Origin: Pseudomonadota bacterium
Lineage (GTDB): Bacteria; Pseudomonadota; Gammaproteobacteria; Burkholderiales; Burkholderiaceae_D
DNA: 64,000 bases
Direction of reading: 5' to 3'
Assembly (NCBI GenBank): GCA_023422955.1
Contig: JAFAGG010000004.1
Span: 17,476 to 81,475, forward strand
Shown here: in pieces, positions 19,962 to 29,597 of the stretch
Position numbering within the stretch: the first letter of the stretch is position 1
How the letters are laid out: every line of letters begins with the position of its first letter
The notes under the pieces: model-generated
What the model saw: the letters and a program-made list of their open reading frames with translations, nothing else
Database searches by the model: none
What the model was told of the DNA's origin: nothing
Position numbers and translations under genes: made by a program

Positions 19962-21548
19962 TTGCGTAAGAATTTGCCCATCACGGATACGGAATACGTA
20001 TTGCAGGATGAACGGCCCATCGTGTCGAAAACCGACCTGAAAGGCAAGATCACCTACGTCAATGCCTACTTCATTGAAGTCAGCGGCTTTACAGAGTCGG
20101 AACTGGTCGGCGCGCCGCATAACCTGGTCCGGCATCCGGACATGCCGGAAGCGGCCTTTGCAGACCTGTGGCAAAGCATCAAGCGCGGCGAGCAATGGAG
20201 CGCTCCGGTAAAAAATCGCCGCAAGAACGGCGACTACTATTGGGTGATCGCCAACGTCACGCCCATCGTCGAAAATGGCAAGGTGAGCGGCTACATGTCG
20301 GTACGCACCAAGCCCACGCGCCAGCAAATCGCCGCTGCGTCCGCGGCTTACACCGAAATTCGCAAAGGAAAAACCAGCCGCTTGTGCGTGGTGCAAGGAC
20401 AAGTAGAGCAGCGCGGCTGGCTGCCTACCCTGCGGCGCGCCTTGCGGAACATGAGCCTGTCTAGGCAATTCGGGCTGCTGTCGCTGATTCAGACAGGCGT
20501 GACCGCCGCTCTGATGAGCGCGGCACTGGCCGGTGGCGGGAAAGAAAATCTGCCGGCCATAGCAGGGTTGGCGGCAATCTCGGCAGTGCTCAGCCTGTTG
20601 CTGTGGCTGCACATGAAGCGCACGGTAGTGCAGAGAATTGGCGAAGCGACTGCCCTGGCACGCTCGCTGGCCAGCGGCACGCTGGGCAATCCGGTATCCG
20701 CTGCCACCGGCGGCGACATGGGCCGCCTGATGCTGGCCCTGCGGCAGCTGGATGTCAATCTGATGGCGACCATCGGCGATATTCGGGACAGCGTGCAGTC
20801 CATGAGCACCGCCACCTCGCAAATCGCCGCAGGCAACATGGACCTGTCGTCCCGCACTGAAATGCAGGCGTCCAGCCTGGAAAAAACCGCCTCCAGCATG
20901 GAGGAATTCGCTTCCACCATCGGCAAGAATGCAAGCAATGCACAGGATGCCACCCGCCTGGCCGCTGAAGCATCGGGAATCGCGTCGAAGGCCGGCAATG
21001 AGATGAGCAAGCTGGAGCAAACCATGCGCGCCATCTCGGACTCATCGCGCCGGGTGGCCGACATCACCAGCACCATCGATGGCATTGCCTTCCAGACCAA
21101 TATCCTGGCCTTGAACGCTTCAGTCGAAGCGGCACGCGCCGGCGAGCAGGGCCGCGGCTTTGCGGTGGTGGCGAGCGAAGTGCGCAGCCTGGCGCAACGC
21201 GCTGCCGCAGCGTCCAAGGAAATCAAGAATCTCGTCGGCGACTCGGTGCACCAGGTCGATGCTGGCAATGAACTGGCACATGGGGCACGCGATACCCTGC
21301 TCAATGTCGTCGATGCCGCCGCCAAGGTCACCACCGTCGTCAACGAGATTGCGCATGCGAGCCAGGAGCAGGCCATAGGCGTGCAACAGGTCAATCAGGC
21401 CGTATCGGAAATGGACAACATGACCCAGGAAAATGCAGCCCTGGTGGAGCAGGCGGCCGCTGCTTCAGCCAGCCTGCATGACCAGGCTAGCCGCCTTACC
21501 CATGCCGTAGCGGTATTTAACATCGCGAGCCAGGGCAAGCGTAACTGA
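19962..21548 (+). CDS. Aer-like aerotaxis receptor (FAD-type PAS domain + MCP signalling domain)
   Basis: [21 protein letters not shown]...[13 protein letters not shown] closely matches the Aer PAS domain. The C-terminus carries an MCP hairpin. TTG start. Confidence 0.9.
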   Translation: MRKNLPITDTEYVLQDERPIVSKTDLKGKITYVNAYFIEVSGFTESELVGAPHNLVRHPDMPEAAFADLWQSIKRGEQWSAPVKNRRKNGDYYWVIANVTPIVENGKVSGYMSVRTKPTRQQIAAASAAYTEIRKGKTSRLCVVQGQVEQRGWLPTLRRALRNMSLSRQFGLLSLIQTGVTAALMSAALAGGGKENLPAIAGLAAISAVLSLLLWLHMKRTVVQRIGEATALARSLASGTLGNPVSAATGGDMGRLMLALRQLDVNLMATIGDIRDSVQSMSTATSQIAAGNMDLSSRTEMQASSLEKTASSMEEFASTIGKNASNAQDATRLAAEASGIASKAGNEMSKLEQTMRAISDSSRRVADITSTIDGIAFQTNILALNASVEAARAGEQGRGFAVVASEVRSLAQRAAAASKEIKNLVGDSVHQVDAGNELAHGARDTLLNVVDAAAKVTTVVNEIAHASQEQAIGVQQVNQAVSEMDNMTQENAALVEQAAAASASLHDQASRLTHAVAVFNIASQGKRN

Positions 21549-21586
21549 GTAAAAATTATTGGACGCTGCAATAGCTGGACTGAACG

Positions 21587-21622
21587 AAGCCGGGTTCCAC
21601 ATCATGCGGAACCCGGCTTTTT
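21587..21622 (+). terminator. Rho-independent terminator after the Aer-like gene
   Basis: AAGCCGGGTTCC-9 nt-GGAACCCGGCTT followed by a T-run. Confidence 0.75.
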
Positions 21623-21697
21623 GATTGCAATGAGCGCGGCACAGGAATAAAAAAGCTTTGCACTAAAGCGCCTTGCACTCAGCGAGCCCGGCCCGCT

Positions 21698-22897
21698 TCA
21701 CCCATCCTTGCGGTCCAGGCGCGGCGCCGTCAGATAAGGCAAGTACACAGTCACATACAGCAGGAATGCCGCCGACCAGCAGGCGGCGCTCAGCAGCATC
21801 AGGAAGTCTCTTGCTTCCGGCATCCCTAGCGATGCGCCCAGCCGGGCAACGGCGCCGGCCTGTATCAGCACATACATGATCGTTTCGCGTTTCCCCGCTT
21901 TCAGCGGGCGGGCCGTATGACCCAGTGCCGTGCGGGTAATCATGCCTATGATCAGCCCTGCCATCGAACCTATCGCCAGCGCATGGATGGCCGCGCTGCT
22001 GCTCACCATGCCCAATGCCGCCAGGCCGAGCAGCAGAAAGCCTATGGAAATCCATGCATAGGAAAGATGCAGTATCCACAGCAAGGGATTATCGAGGGTA
22101 TGCCATGGCTTCCATGAAATCAGCCTTGCCGCCTGCATCACGGCTGCGGCCAAGGCCAGTATCGCCACGACGTAAGCCGCCGGTTGCGCAAGCCATGCAA
22201 GGCAGGCTGCCACGGTTGAGGCGATTACCGCTTTTTCCATGGCCGGCTTCAACCCGAGCTGGCCGCCCGGCACGAACTTCGCCGTGAACAGGGGCACCAC
22301 GCGTCCGCCTATCAGGGTTTCTATCATCACGATGATCAGCAGCGCGGCATGAATGCTCGATAACGTCGATAGTTCGCTCCAGCCCAACTGCGTGGCATGA
22401 AAACTGGCATTGGCAAGTGCCAGCAAACCCAGCAGAAGCACCATGACCAGGTTGCGTTTGCTGGGCGCTTTCTTCAGCACCTGGTACAGCAGGAATGCGG
22501 CAACCGGCAGGAAAGCGATATCCACTACTGCAGCTATTTGCGGCGCGGCAAACAGCATCGCAATCCGTCCCGCAATCCATAAGCTCACCAGGGCGACAAG
22601 CGCCCTGCCGCGCGGCGTCCACAGGTTGGTCCAGTTGCGGCCTGCGGTATAGAGGAAGCCAACCACGATGGCGACCGCAAAGCCGAATACCATTTCATGC
22701 ATGTGCCAGTTGAAATCGATATTTGTCAGGCCGGAAAGCAGCCCGTAATACCGGGCGAGCCACAGCGGCACGGCAATCACGGCAAACACGGCGCCAAGCA
22801 AGTAAAAAGGCCGGAAGCCCAGCCGCCATAAAGGCGTCGTGGAAATTTCCGGCTCTGCTGCACGCGACGCATTTTCCTCTATCATCATGACGGCCAT
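21698..22897 (-). CDS. nnrS: NnrS family haem/copper membrane protein (NO-stress associated)
   Basis: About 12 TM segments and an LWRLGFRPFYLLGA N-terminus typical of NnrS. A GAGGA SD precedes ATG 22897, and the ORF opens at 23080. Confidence 0.85.
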   Translation of the reverse strand: MAVMMIEENASRAAEPEISTTPLWRLGFRPFYLLGAVFAVIAVPLWLARYYGLLSGLTNIDFNWHMHEMVFGFAVAIVVGFLYTAGRNWTNLWTPRGRALVALVSLWIAGRIAMLFAAPQIAAVVDIAFLPVAAFLLYQVLKKAPSKRNLVMVLLLGLLALANASFHATQLGWSELSTLSSIHAALLIIVMIETLIGGRVVPLFTAKFVPGGQLGLKPAMEKAVIASTVAACLAWLAQPAAYVVAILALAAAVMQAARLISWKPWHTLDNPLLWILHLSYAWISIGFLLLGLAALGMVSSSAAIHALAIGSMAGLIIGMITRTALGHTARPLKAGKRETIMYVLIQAGAVARLGASLGMPEARDFLMLLSAACWSAAFLLYVTVYLPYLTAPRLDRKDG

Positions 22898-23044
22898 GGC
22901 ATCCTCTTCTTTAAACATACCTATAAAATGTATGATATATTGCTTCCGCCGACAAGCCAAACAAAAGATGGAAGAACGAGACTCTCTGCCGGAGACCAAG
23001 ACACGCAAGAGGGATTGTGGACTCGTTAAGTAAAAAGGAAAATC

Positions 23045-23281
23045 ATGCGTACCTGGATCATGGAAATCGTCGGCCTTCACTCCGAAGGCTGCATAGAAAA
23101 AATCACTCAGGCTTTATCCCGTCTGCCGGGCGTGCAAGATGTAACGGTATCGCTGTTGCACAGCAAGGTTACCGTGCGATGCGACGAAAGCCTGCCCCTG
23201 TCGCATCTCACGGCCGCCTTGAAAAAGGCCGGGTATCGCGTCGAAAAATGGCAGGAGAACAATCTTGCCTTGCCTGCCTGA
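23045..23281 (+). CDS. Small HMA (heavy-metal-associated) fold protein with a degenerate metal-binding motif
   Basis: 78 aa with a ferredoxin-like HMA pattern. It carries GLHSEGC where GMTCxxC is expected. Confidence 0.65.
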   Translation: MRTWIMEIVGLHSEGCIEKITQALSRLPGVQDVTVSLLHSKVTVRCDESLPLSHLTAALKKAGYRVEKWQENNLALPA

Positions 23282-23293
23282 CGAAGATTTCCG

Positions 23294-23656
23294 ATGAGAG
23301 TCTTACTCAACATCGTAGGCTGCATCGCCGTGCTGCTTGCGCTGCTGGGCGTGGCTCTTCCCCTGCTGCCCACTACTCCCTTTCTCTTGCTGGCATCTGC
23401 CTGTTTCATGCGCAGTTCGCCGCGCCTGCACAGGCGACTGCTGAACAGCTCGCTCGGCCCTTACCTGCTCGCCTATCACGAAGGAAGGGGCATACCCTTG
23501 CCAGCCAAACTGCTGGCACTCGGCCTGCTCTGGACATCCATCATCCTGGCCTGCGCGCAACTGGAAACGATCCCGGCACAAGCGCTGATGGTTGCGCTTG
23601 CAAGCGGCGTCAGTATCTATCTGCTGCGCTTGAAGACATTAATTCCTGAGCCCTAG
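23294..23656 (+). CDS. ybaN: DUF454 inner-membrane protein YbaN
   Basis: [29 protein letters not shown] closely matches E. coli YbaN. Confidence 0.85.
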   Translation: MRVLLNIVGCIAVLLALLGVALPLLPTTPFLLLASACFMRSSPRLHRRLLNSSLGPYLLAYHEGRGIPLPAKLLALGLLWTSIILACAQLETIPAQALMVALASGVSIYLLRLKTLIPEP

Positions 23657-23790
23657 TCCTAGAACCAGGTATTAGCGCGGGATGTTTTCGGCGGGTATGC
23701 GGGAGAGACAGGGAATTTATCCGGCGGCGAGCCAGCGTCATGCGATAGCGGTTCAGCAAGTCGCTGGGAATGAGAGGAAGGAGTCGCCTG

Positions 23791-24282
23791 CTAGCCGACC
23801 TTTTCGGGGCTTGCCGGTTTCAGATGCAGCTTCAGCGGTTTGGTCGTGCTGCGTGGCGCTTTACGCGCACCGGGATTGGCGCCTTGAACCAGGATAGTCT
23901 CCAGCGTCACGCCATCGAGCACATCGAGAAACGAATTGGTTGCCTTCTTCAGTACGCCCTTGAGCACGCAGGCCGAGCTATACATGCAGCCCTGGTTTTC
24001 AGGATTGAAGCATTCCGCAATGTAGAAGTCGTTTTCCGTATTGCGCACGATCTCGCCGATATTGATTTCGGAAGGCTCACGCCCCAGCCGCAAGCCGCCG
24101 TTACGACCGCGAACGCTGTCGATGACGCCCATCGCGCTCAGGTGATTCACGACTTTCGTCAGATGATTTTTGGCGATACCCTGCGCATCCGCGATGTCTT
24201 GGATGGTCACCAGGCTGTCCCGGTTCATCCCCAGATACATCAGGGAACGCAATGCGTAGTCAGTGTAAGAAGTAAGCCTCAT
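23791..24282 (-). CDS. nsrR: Rrf2-family NO-sensing repressor NsrR
   Basis: MRLTSYTDYALRSLMYLG N-terminal wHTH and three Cys (C-x7-C-x5-C) for an Fe-S cluster. An AAGGTGGA SD precedes ATG 24282. Confidence 0.8.
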   Translation of the reverse strand: MRLTSYTDYALRSLMYLGMNRDSLVTIQDIADAQGIAKNHLTKVVNHLSAMGVIDSVRGRNGGLRLGREPSEINIGEIVRNTENDFYIAECFNPENQGCMYSSACVLKGVLKKATNSFLDVLDGVTLETILVQGANPGARKAPRSTTKPLKLHLKPASPEKVG

Positions 24283-24334
24283 AAGGTCCACCTTGTTGGT
24301 CTGGTCGGCGCGACCAAATATCCATCCATTCTAT

Positions 24335-24351
24335 ATGTTCTGAAAGAACAT
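24335..24351. promoter_or_regulatory. Perfect 17-bp palindrome ATGTTCtgaaaGAACAT upstream of nsrR; candidate NsrR operator
   Basis: 6-5-6 geometry, as in the ATGCAT-N5-ATGCAT core of published NsrR sites (from memory). It is centred 61 nt upstream of the nsrR ATG. Confidence 0.35.
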
Positions 24352-24718
24352 CGCCGGCCAATCCTGAAAACGGATGCAAACATATATTCCAGGCAAGACC
24401 AGGCAGCACGGCTTATTCCAGTCCGGCGGCAAATACGCCTTGCCCCGTGCCGAATCAGAATGCATGAAGGACGCTTGCCGCCCCATTGCGCCGCAATGCT
24501 TGGTAAAAATCCGACTGCCACTCCGATCAATGAGAGCAGCGAAAGGTCTACTTGCCCTGGACCGTCTCTGCTAGCTATGCTGAAGGACAAGCCGCGTGAT
24601 CTCTGGCAAGCATCTCAATAGACGGAAACGAAGGAAAGATAACCGCGCCACGCCTGTTTTCGTTTTGCAAGCCATCCTTGCCTGTTACGCCCTCAACCTC
24701 ATTGCATCCGGATTACCT

Positions 24719-25195
24719 ATGTCGTTCACCCTCCATCAACTCGCTCCCGACGACCGCCCCTTGCTGGAAGCGATGCTCGCCATGTTCGGCACCGCGTTCA
24801 AAGACAAGGATACCTATACCGGAAAGAAGCCGGGCACGGATTATATACGCATGCTGCTGAGCAGCGATTCCTTCATTGCGCTGACAGCCCTAAAGGAGGG
24901 CGATGTCGTCGGCGGACTCGCAGCCTATGAACTGAAGAAGTTCGAGCAGGAGCGCAGCGAAATTTATATTTACGATCTCGCAGTGCTGGAAAAGCACAGG
25001 CGTCAGGGCCTTGCGACGGCGCTGATCAGAAGGTTGCAGGAAATCGCTGCGGCACGCGGCGCGTATGTCATTTTCGTTCAGGCGGATACAAGCACAGAGG
25101 ATGAAGCGGCGATCGCCTTGTATGAAAAACTAGGAAAGCGCGAGGAGGTGCTGCATTTCGACATTCCCGTCCCTCCCATAAAAAACTCGAAATGA
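24719..25195 (+). CDS. GNAT acetyltransferase closely resembling AAC(3)-I aminoglycoside 3-N-acetyltransferases
   Basis: FEQERSEIYIYDLAVLEKHRRQGLATALI...GAYVIFVQAD...ALYEKLGKREEVLHFDI aligns along its length with AAC(3)-Ia as I recall it. The ORF opens at 24596. Confidence 0.75.
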   Translation: MSFTLHQLAPDDRPLLEAMLAMFGTAFKDKDTYTGKKPGTDYIRMLLSSDSFIALTALKEGDVVGGLAAYELKKFEQERSEIYIYDLAVLEKHRRQGLATALIRRLQEIAAARGAYVIFVQADTSTEDEAAIALYEKLGKREEVLHFDIPVPPIKNSK

Positions 25196-25254
25196 AGCAC
25201 GCCTGTCTCCATGCAATGTCCGGCCGAATTTCCAAGCCTGATTTCCAAATGGAC

Positions 25255-26436
25255 TCAGGCCGCCGCAGCTTTTGAGCGCGGTGGCATCAGGCCGGCCATC
25301 TCGCTCAACAGGTAATCCACCAACTCCTTCACCGAGCGTATCTCGCTGCCGAATGGCAGTTTCTCGCTGCCCCGGAAAAACAGGCCGCGCTTCACATCGC
25401 CTTCCAGCGCATAAGCCAGGTGCTGGTCGATGCAAAACTGACCTGCTTGCGGCAAACCGTCGCGCAGACCGCATTGATGCAGGCAGTCGAAGCCTACCGT
25501 GCAGGCACGCTGCTTGGCCTGACCTTGCAACTGTTCTTCCTTGTTCAGGTATTTCTCCAGCCATGGCGTTTTTACCGCCCGTGCCGGCAAGCCAGCCACG
25601 CTCATGAAGGTGACGATATTTTCCGGCTTGGCTTCGACCAGCACGCGCTTGAATTCGGGATGGGCATCGCCTTCCCGGGTCACGGCGAAAGCCGTGCCCA
25701 GTTGCACGGCGCTGGCACCGGCGGCAAACAATTCGCGCACCTGGAAAGGATTGTTGATGCCGCCGGCGGCAATCAGCGGAATGTTTTCACTTTCAATGCC
25801 GAGTTCCCTGAACAGCGCCAGCGTCTCTTCCAGCACGCGAGTAAAGGCGTATTGAGGCTCGTCGAGCTTGTCGACTTTCGCGGCACCGAGATGGCCGGCG
25901 GCGAACTTGGGATTTTCTATGACGATCGCATCCGGCAGGCGTTGCTTGCGCATCCATTTTTTCAGCACGAGATTGATGCCGCGCGCATCCGACAGGATGG
26001 GAATCAGCGCCACATCGGGAAACTCGCTCGTTAGCTCGGGCAAGTCCAGCGGCAGCCCGGCGCCTACCACCACGGCATCCGCCCCGCTTTCGCAGGCTTG
26101 CCGCACATAGTTGGCATACTCGCTCACCGCTCGCATGATATTCACCGCGATCAAGCCCTTGCCGTTCGCAATGCCGCGCGCCTTCTGGATTTCACGGTCC
26201 AGCGCCACCAGGTTGACGCGATTGATCAGTTCCTTGTCGCCCCTGCGTCCCGTCTGCTGCATCAGATCCGGATGATGACGGCGCAGATCGACACTGGAAA
26301 TGGTGCCGACAGCATTCAGGCGCGCCACCGTGCCTGCCAGGCGACCGGCGGATACACCCACGCCCATGCCACCTTGCACGATAGGCAGAACAGACTTTTT
26401 CTTGATGGTCAGCCGGGGATAGAGAGTGGATAACAT
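25255..26436 (-). CDS. Nitronate monooxygenase / 2-nitropropane dioxygenase-family FMN oxidoreductase with a Cys-rich C-terminal extension
   Basis: PIVQGGMGVGVS and AGGINN motifs. C-terminal segment ACTVGFDCLHQCGL...CID. The alternative ATG at 26451 lacks an SD. Confidence 0.8.
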   Translation of the reverse strand: MLSTLYPRLTIKKKSVLPIVQGGMGVGVSAGRLAGTVARLNAVGTISSVDLRRHHPDLMQQTGRRGDKELINRVNLVALDREIQKARGIANGKGLIAVNIMRAVSEYANYVRQACESGADAVVVGAGLPLDLPELTSEFPDVALIPILSDARGINLVLKKWMRKQRLPDAIVIENPKFAAGHLGAAKVDKLDEPQYAFTRVLEETLALFRELGIESENIPLIAAGGINNPFQVRELFAAGASAVQLGTAFAVTREGDAHPEFKRVLVEAKPENIVTFMSVAGLPARAVKTPWLEKYLNKEEQLQGQAKQRACTVGFDCLHQCGLRDGLPQAGQFCIDQHLAYALEGDVKRGLFFRGSEKLPFGSEIRSVKELVDYLLSEMAGLMPPRSKAAAA

Positions 26437-26491
26437 AGAAACTTTCTCCATGAAAACGATTCACTGTACCGGACCCTCACGCCCTCAATCT

Positions 26492-26505
26492 TTGATATGA
26501 ATCAA
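26492..26505. promoter_or_regulatory. Perfect FNR/Anr box TTGATatgaATCAA upstream of the NMO-family gene
   Basis: Exact consensus, centred about 62 nt upstream of ATG 26436. Confidence 0.75.
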
Positions 26506-26758
26506 AATCATCCGTCCTGCTTCAGTTGATCCGGTGCAGGGATGATGAGGCGGTCCGTGAGGGCAGACCGGCCTAGATTTTTTACAGGGTTTTGCTGGAT
26601 GCGGTGAATACCTTGATTACTCAGGCGCCATTTGCAGATACGGGCAAGGGGCATCACAGAAAGTGCTCCTCGTTCTCTCGGCTGCTGAGGTCATTTTATT
26701 TCTCCGCGTCGTCCTGCTCGCGTCTGGCGGCGGACGAAAGCCAGCCGGCAAGTCCTTG

Positions 26759-28777
26759 TCAGGAGCGCGCCAGCAACCGCTTCATCCATTCCAGCAGCGC
26801 GGTGGGAAGCAGTTCCGGTTTCGGCAGCAAGGCATACTGATGCGCACCGAAAACACCGGGAAGATAGTTGGCGGCCTGGCGATCTATGGTCAGGCAGAAG
26901 GGATTGATGCCCTGCATGCGGGCCTCGGTGACGGCCTGACGCATGTCTTCCACACCGTAGCGTCCTTCGTAATCATCGACATCATTGGGCTTGCCATCGG
27001 AGAGCAGCAACAGCAAGCGATGACGGGCCTTCTGCTGCATCAGCATGGCGCTGGCATGCCGCAGGGCGGCGCCGGTACGCGTGTAATGCTCGGGTTCAAG
27101 CGCGGCGATGCGGCGCGCCACCGTGTCGCTGCAGGGTTCGTCAAAGGATTTCACCGGCCTTATCGTCACGCCATGCGGTCCCTCGCCGGAAAAGCCCATC
27201 ACGCTGTAGGGCTCGCGCATGCCGTCCAGCGCGATGGATACCAGCAGCAGCGCTTCACGCTCCACATCGATAATGCGCTTGTCGGCCGAAATCCAGCCGT
27301 CAGTCGAGCCGCTGATATCGATCAGCAGCACGATGGCCATGTCGCGACTGGCGCGCCTGTGAGTCTGGTATAGCGCCTGACTGAGCGGCAGTCCCGCGCG
27401 GAAGTCGGCATAGCCATCGATGCAGGCATCCAGGTCTATCTCTTCGCCCTCCAGTTGCTTGTGCAGGCGCACCCGCTGCGCAGTCAGCATCTCGAAGCGG
27501 CGGCGCACCAGCGCCAGCATGGCGCGGTAATCGTCCAGCGTCTGGTTCACCCAGGCTTGCGGACCTTCTCTGGGCGGGCAAAGATGAATCGTGACGCCGG
27601 CGTCGAGATAGGCGCTGGCGCGATAATCCCATTCCGGATATGACAAGCGCATGCCATCGGCCGGGCTGCGAACCGGCTTGTGCTTTTCCCTCTCACCCGG
27701 CATATCCTCGGAAATGAAAACTTCCTTGGGGCGTCCCGGCGTGGAGACCAGGCGGGCTTCCGGCAGTTCGGACAGCGCATCGGCGAATTCGTCCGACGCA
27801 GTGCTTTCATCACGATCGGTCGGCCGCTGCAGGCCGAGCGGATCTTCCACCTGCTCATGCGGCTGGGCGGTTTGTATCATCCAGGCACCCGGACCTTTAT
27901 CGTCTTCATCCTCGACAGGCTTGCGTACTTCCGGCGTTCTGTTCAGGCGCGCGCTGCGTGGCGGCGCGGCATCAGGATCCGGCGCATTAGCCCCTGCATC
28001 GGCTTCGGATAAAGAGCCGGACTGCGCCGGCAACCGCAGCACTCCCGTCCACAAGTCTGCGTACAAGGCAGCGCCGGCGCCGTGAGTGCTCATTCCCTGC
28101 CTGACCAGCGCATCCGCCATCTTTGCAGCCTCTATCGCAAGCTGTTCGCTGTCTGGAGATGGGGTCAGCTCGATTTCCCTGGCCAGCGTCGCGCGCACGA
28201 ATTCTTCCAGCGGCCGGCGATGAGCGGGAAAAGCATTCAGAAGAGGTCTTAGTTGTAGCGCATGCGCACGCAAAGCCTGCAGCGAGGGACGCATGCCGGG
28301 CAGCATCTGCATGAGGGCACTGTCGGCCGCATGGGCAGACAGCACGATGAAAACGGAACGCTGCAATTCATTCGACAGGCCTGCAAAGTACTGCGGACCC
28401 TGACGCACAGCACGCAACGCCTGCTGCAAGGCCATCAGCCGATACCATTCCAGCGCGCCATCCTGCTCCTCCGGCGGCAGGCGGGCCGGCAGCCAGATGC
28501 TGTTGCCGTCGGTTGCCGGCACCGCCCTGTGCACACGCGGCCCTTCGCGTCGCCTGAATACCTTGGTCAGGAAAGTGGGGGGTGCGGGCACCTGGGCCAC
28601 GCGGATAGGAAAGCTCGTGCCGAAAACCGCCGCCATCAGCAAGTCCAGCCGTTGCGCAATATCCCGCAGCACCACTTCTTCCGCGGGCTTGCCCTTGCGC
28701 TGGCGCTGCCAGAGATCGCGGGCGTAGATCGTGACATGCCGGGCGACATCGGTAATGACGTCTTCTGCTTCGGCCAC
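26759..28777 (-). CDS. norD: NorD, VWA-domain nitric-oxide reductase activation protein
   Basis: C-terminal VWA domain with a MIDAS-like DISGST motif; position after norQ. Confidence 0.85.
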   Translation of the reverse strand: MAEAEDVITDVARHVTIYARDLWQRQRKGKPAEEVVLRDIAQRLDLLMAAVFGTSFPIRVAQVPAPPTFLTKVFRRREGPRVHRAVPATDGNSIWLPARLPPEEQDGALEWYRLMALQQALRAVRQGPQYFAGLSNELQRSVFIVLSAHAADSALMQMLPGMRPSLQALRAHALQLRPLLNAFPAHRRPLEEFVRATLAREIELTPSPDSEQLAIEAAKMADALVRQGMSTHGAGAALYADLWTGVLRLPAQSGSLSEADAGANAPDPDAAPPRSARLNRTPEVRKPVEDEDDKGPGAWMIQTAQPHEQVEDPLGLQRPTDRDESTASDEFADALSELPEARLVSTPGRPKEVFISEDMPGEREKHKPVRSPADGMRLSYPEWDYRASAYLDAGVTIHLCPPREGPQAWVNQTLDDYRAMLALVRRRFEMLTAQRVRLHKQLEGEEIDLDACIDGYADFRAGLPLSQALYQTHRRASRDMAIVLLIDISGSTDGWISADKRIIDVEREALLLVSIALDGMREPYSVMGFSGEGPHGVTIRPVKSFDEPCSDTVARRIAALEPEHYTRTGAALRHASAMLMQQKARHRLLLLLSDGKPNDVDDYEGRYGVEDMRQAVTEARMQGINPFCLTIDRQAANYLPGVFGAHQYALLPKPELLPTALLEWMKRLLARS

Positions 28778-28793
28778 CGCTGACTCCTAAGCG

Positions 28794-29597
28794 TTAGACG
28801 AAAGTGGCATCGACCAGGTCGCGCATGGCGCCGATCAGGGAAGGATCGTCGGACAAGGGCGAGACCAGCGCCGACCCGCAGGCCTCCTTGACCGGAATGC
28901 CGCTGGAAATCAGCCGTGCCGTCGCAATCAGCAAGCGGGTACTCGGCACTTCCGCCAGGCCCCTATCCTGCAAGGCACGCAGGCGACGACCGAGCGCGAC
29001 CAGCGCATGCGCGGTGGCATGATCGGTCCCACCTTCATGCTGAATGATGGAGGCTTCCTGTTCCGCAGGCGGAAAAGTGAAATCCAGCGCGACGAAACGC
29101 TGCCGGGTGCTGGGCTTGAGGTCTTTCAGCATGCGCTGATAGCCGGGATTGTAGGACACTACCAGCTGGAATCCAGCCGCGGCCTCGATCGTTTCGCCGG
29201 TCTTGTCGATAGGCAGCACGCGGCGGTAATCGGTCAGCGGATGCAGCACCACGACCGTATCCTGCCGTGCCTCTACCACTTCATCGAGGTAGCAGATCGC
29301 GCCTTCGCGCACCGCACGCGTCAGCGGACCATCCTGCCATTGCGTGCCGTCGTGCCGAATCAGAAAGCGCCCCATCAGGTCGCTCGCCGTCAGGTCGTCA
29401 TGGCAGGAAATCGTGATCAGCGGCCGTCCCAGCCGCCAGGCCATGTGCTCGACAAAACGCGTCTTGCCGCAGCCGGTAGGCCCCTTGAGCATGACCGCCA
29501 GCTTGCTGGCATGGCATTGCTCGAATATCCGGACTTCGTCACCGAAAGGCAGGTAGAACGGCTCGCTACCTTTCGGTATTGCTTCGTTGCCTGTCAT
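28794..29597 (-). CDS. norQ: NorQ/CbbQ/NirQ MoxR-type AAA+ ATPase
   Basis: Walker A GPTGCGKT, Walker B CYLDEV. There is a 4-nt overlap with norB. Confidence 0.9.
   Translation of the reverse strand: MTGNEAIPKGSEPFYLPFGDEVRIFEQCHASKLAVMLKGPTGCGKTRFVEHMAWRLGRPLITISCHDDLTASDLMGRFLIRHDGTQWQDGPLTRAVREGAICYLDEVVEARQDTVVVLHPLTDYRRVLPIDKTGETIEAAAGFQLVVSYNPGYQRMLKDLKPSTRQRFVALDFTFPPAEQEASIIQHEGGTDHATAHALVALGRRLRALQDRGLAEVPSTRLLIATARLISSGIPVKEACGSALVSPLSDDPSLIGAMRDLVDATFV

Noticed and set aside
21621-21634. FNR-like sequence TTGATtgcaATGAG.
   Set aside because: The right half has two mismatches. It also lies between two convergent gene ends, overlapping the terminator T-run, with no promoter to serve.
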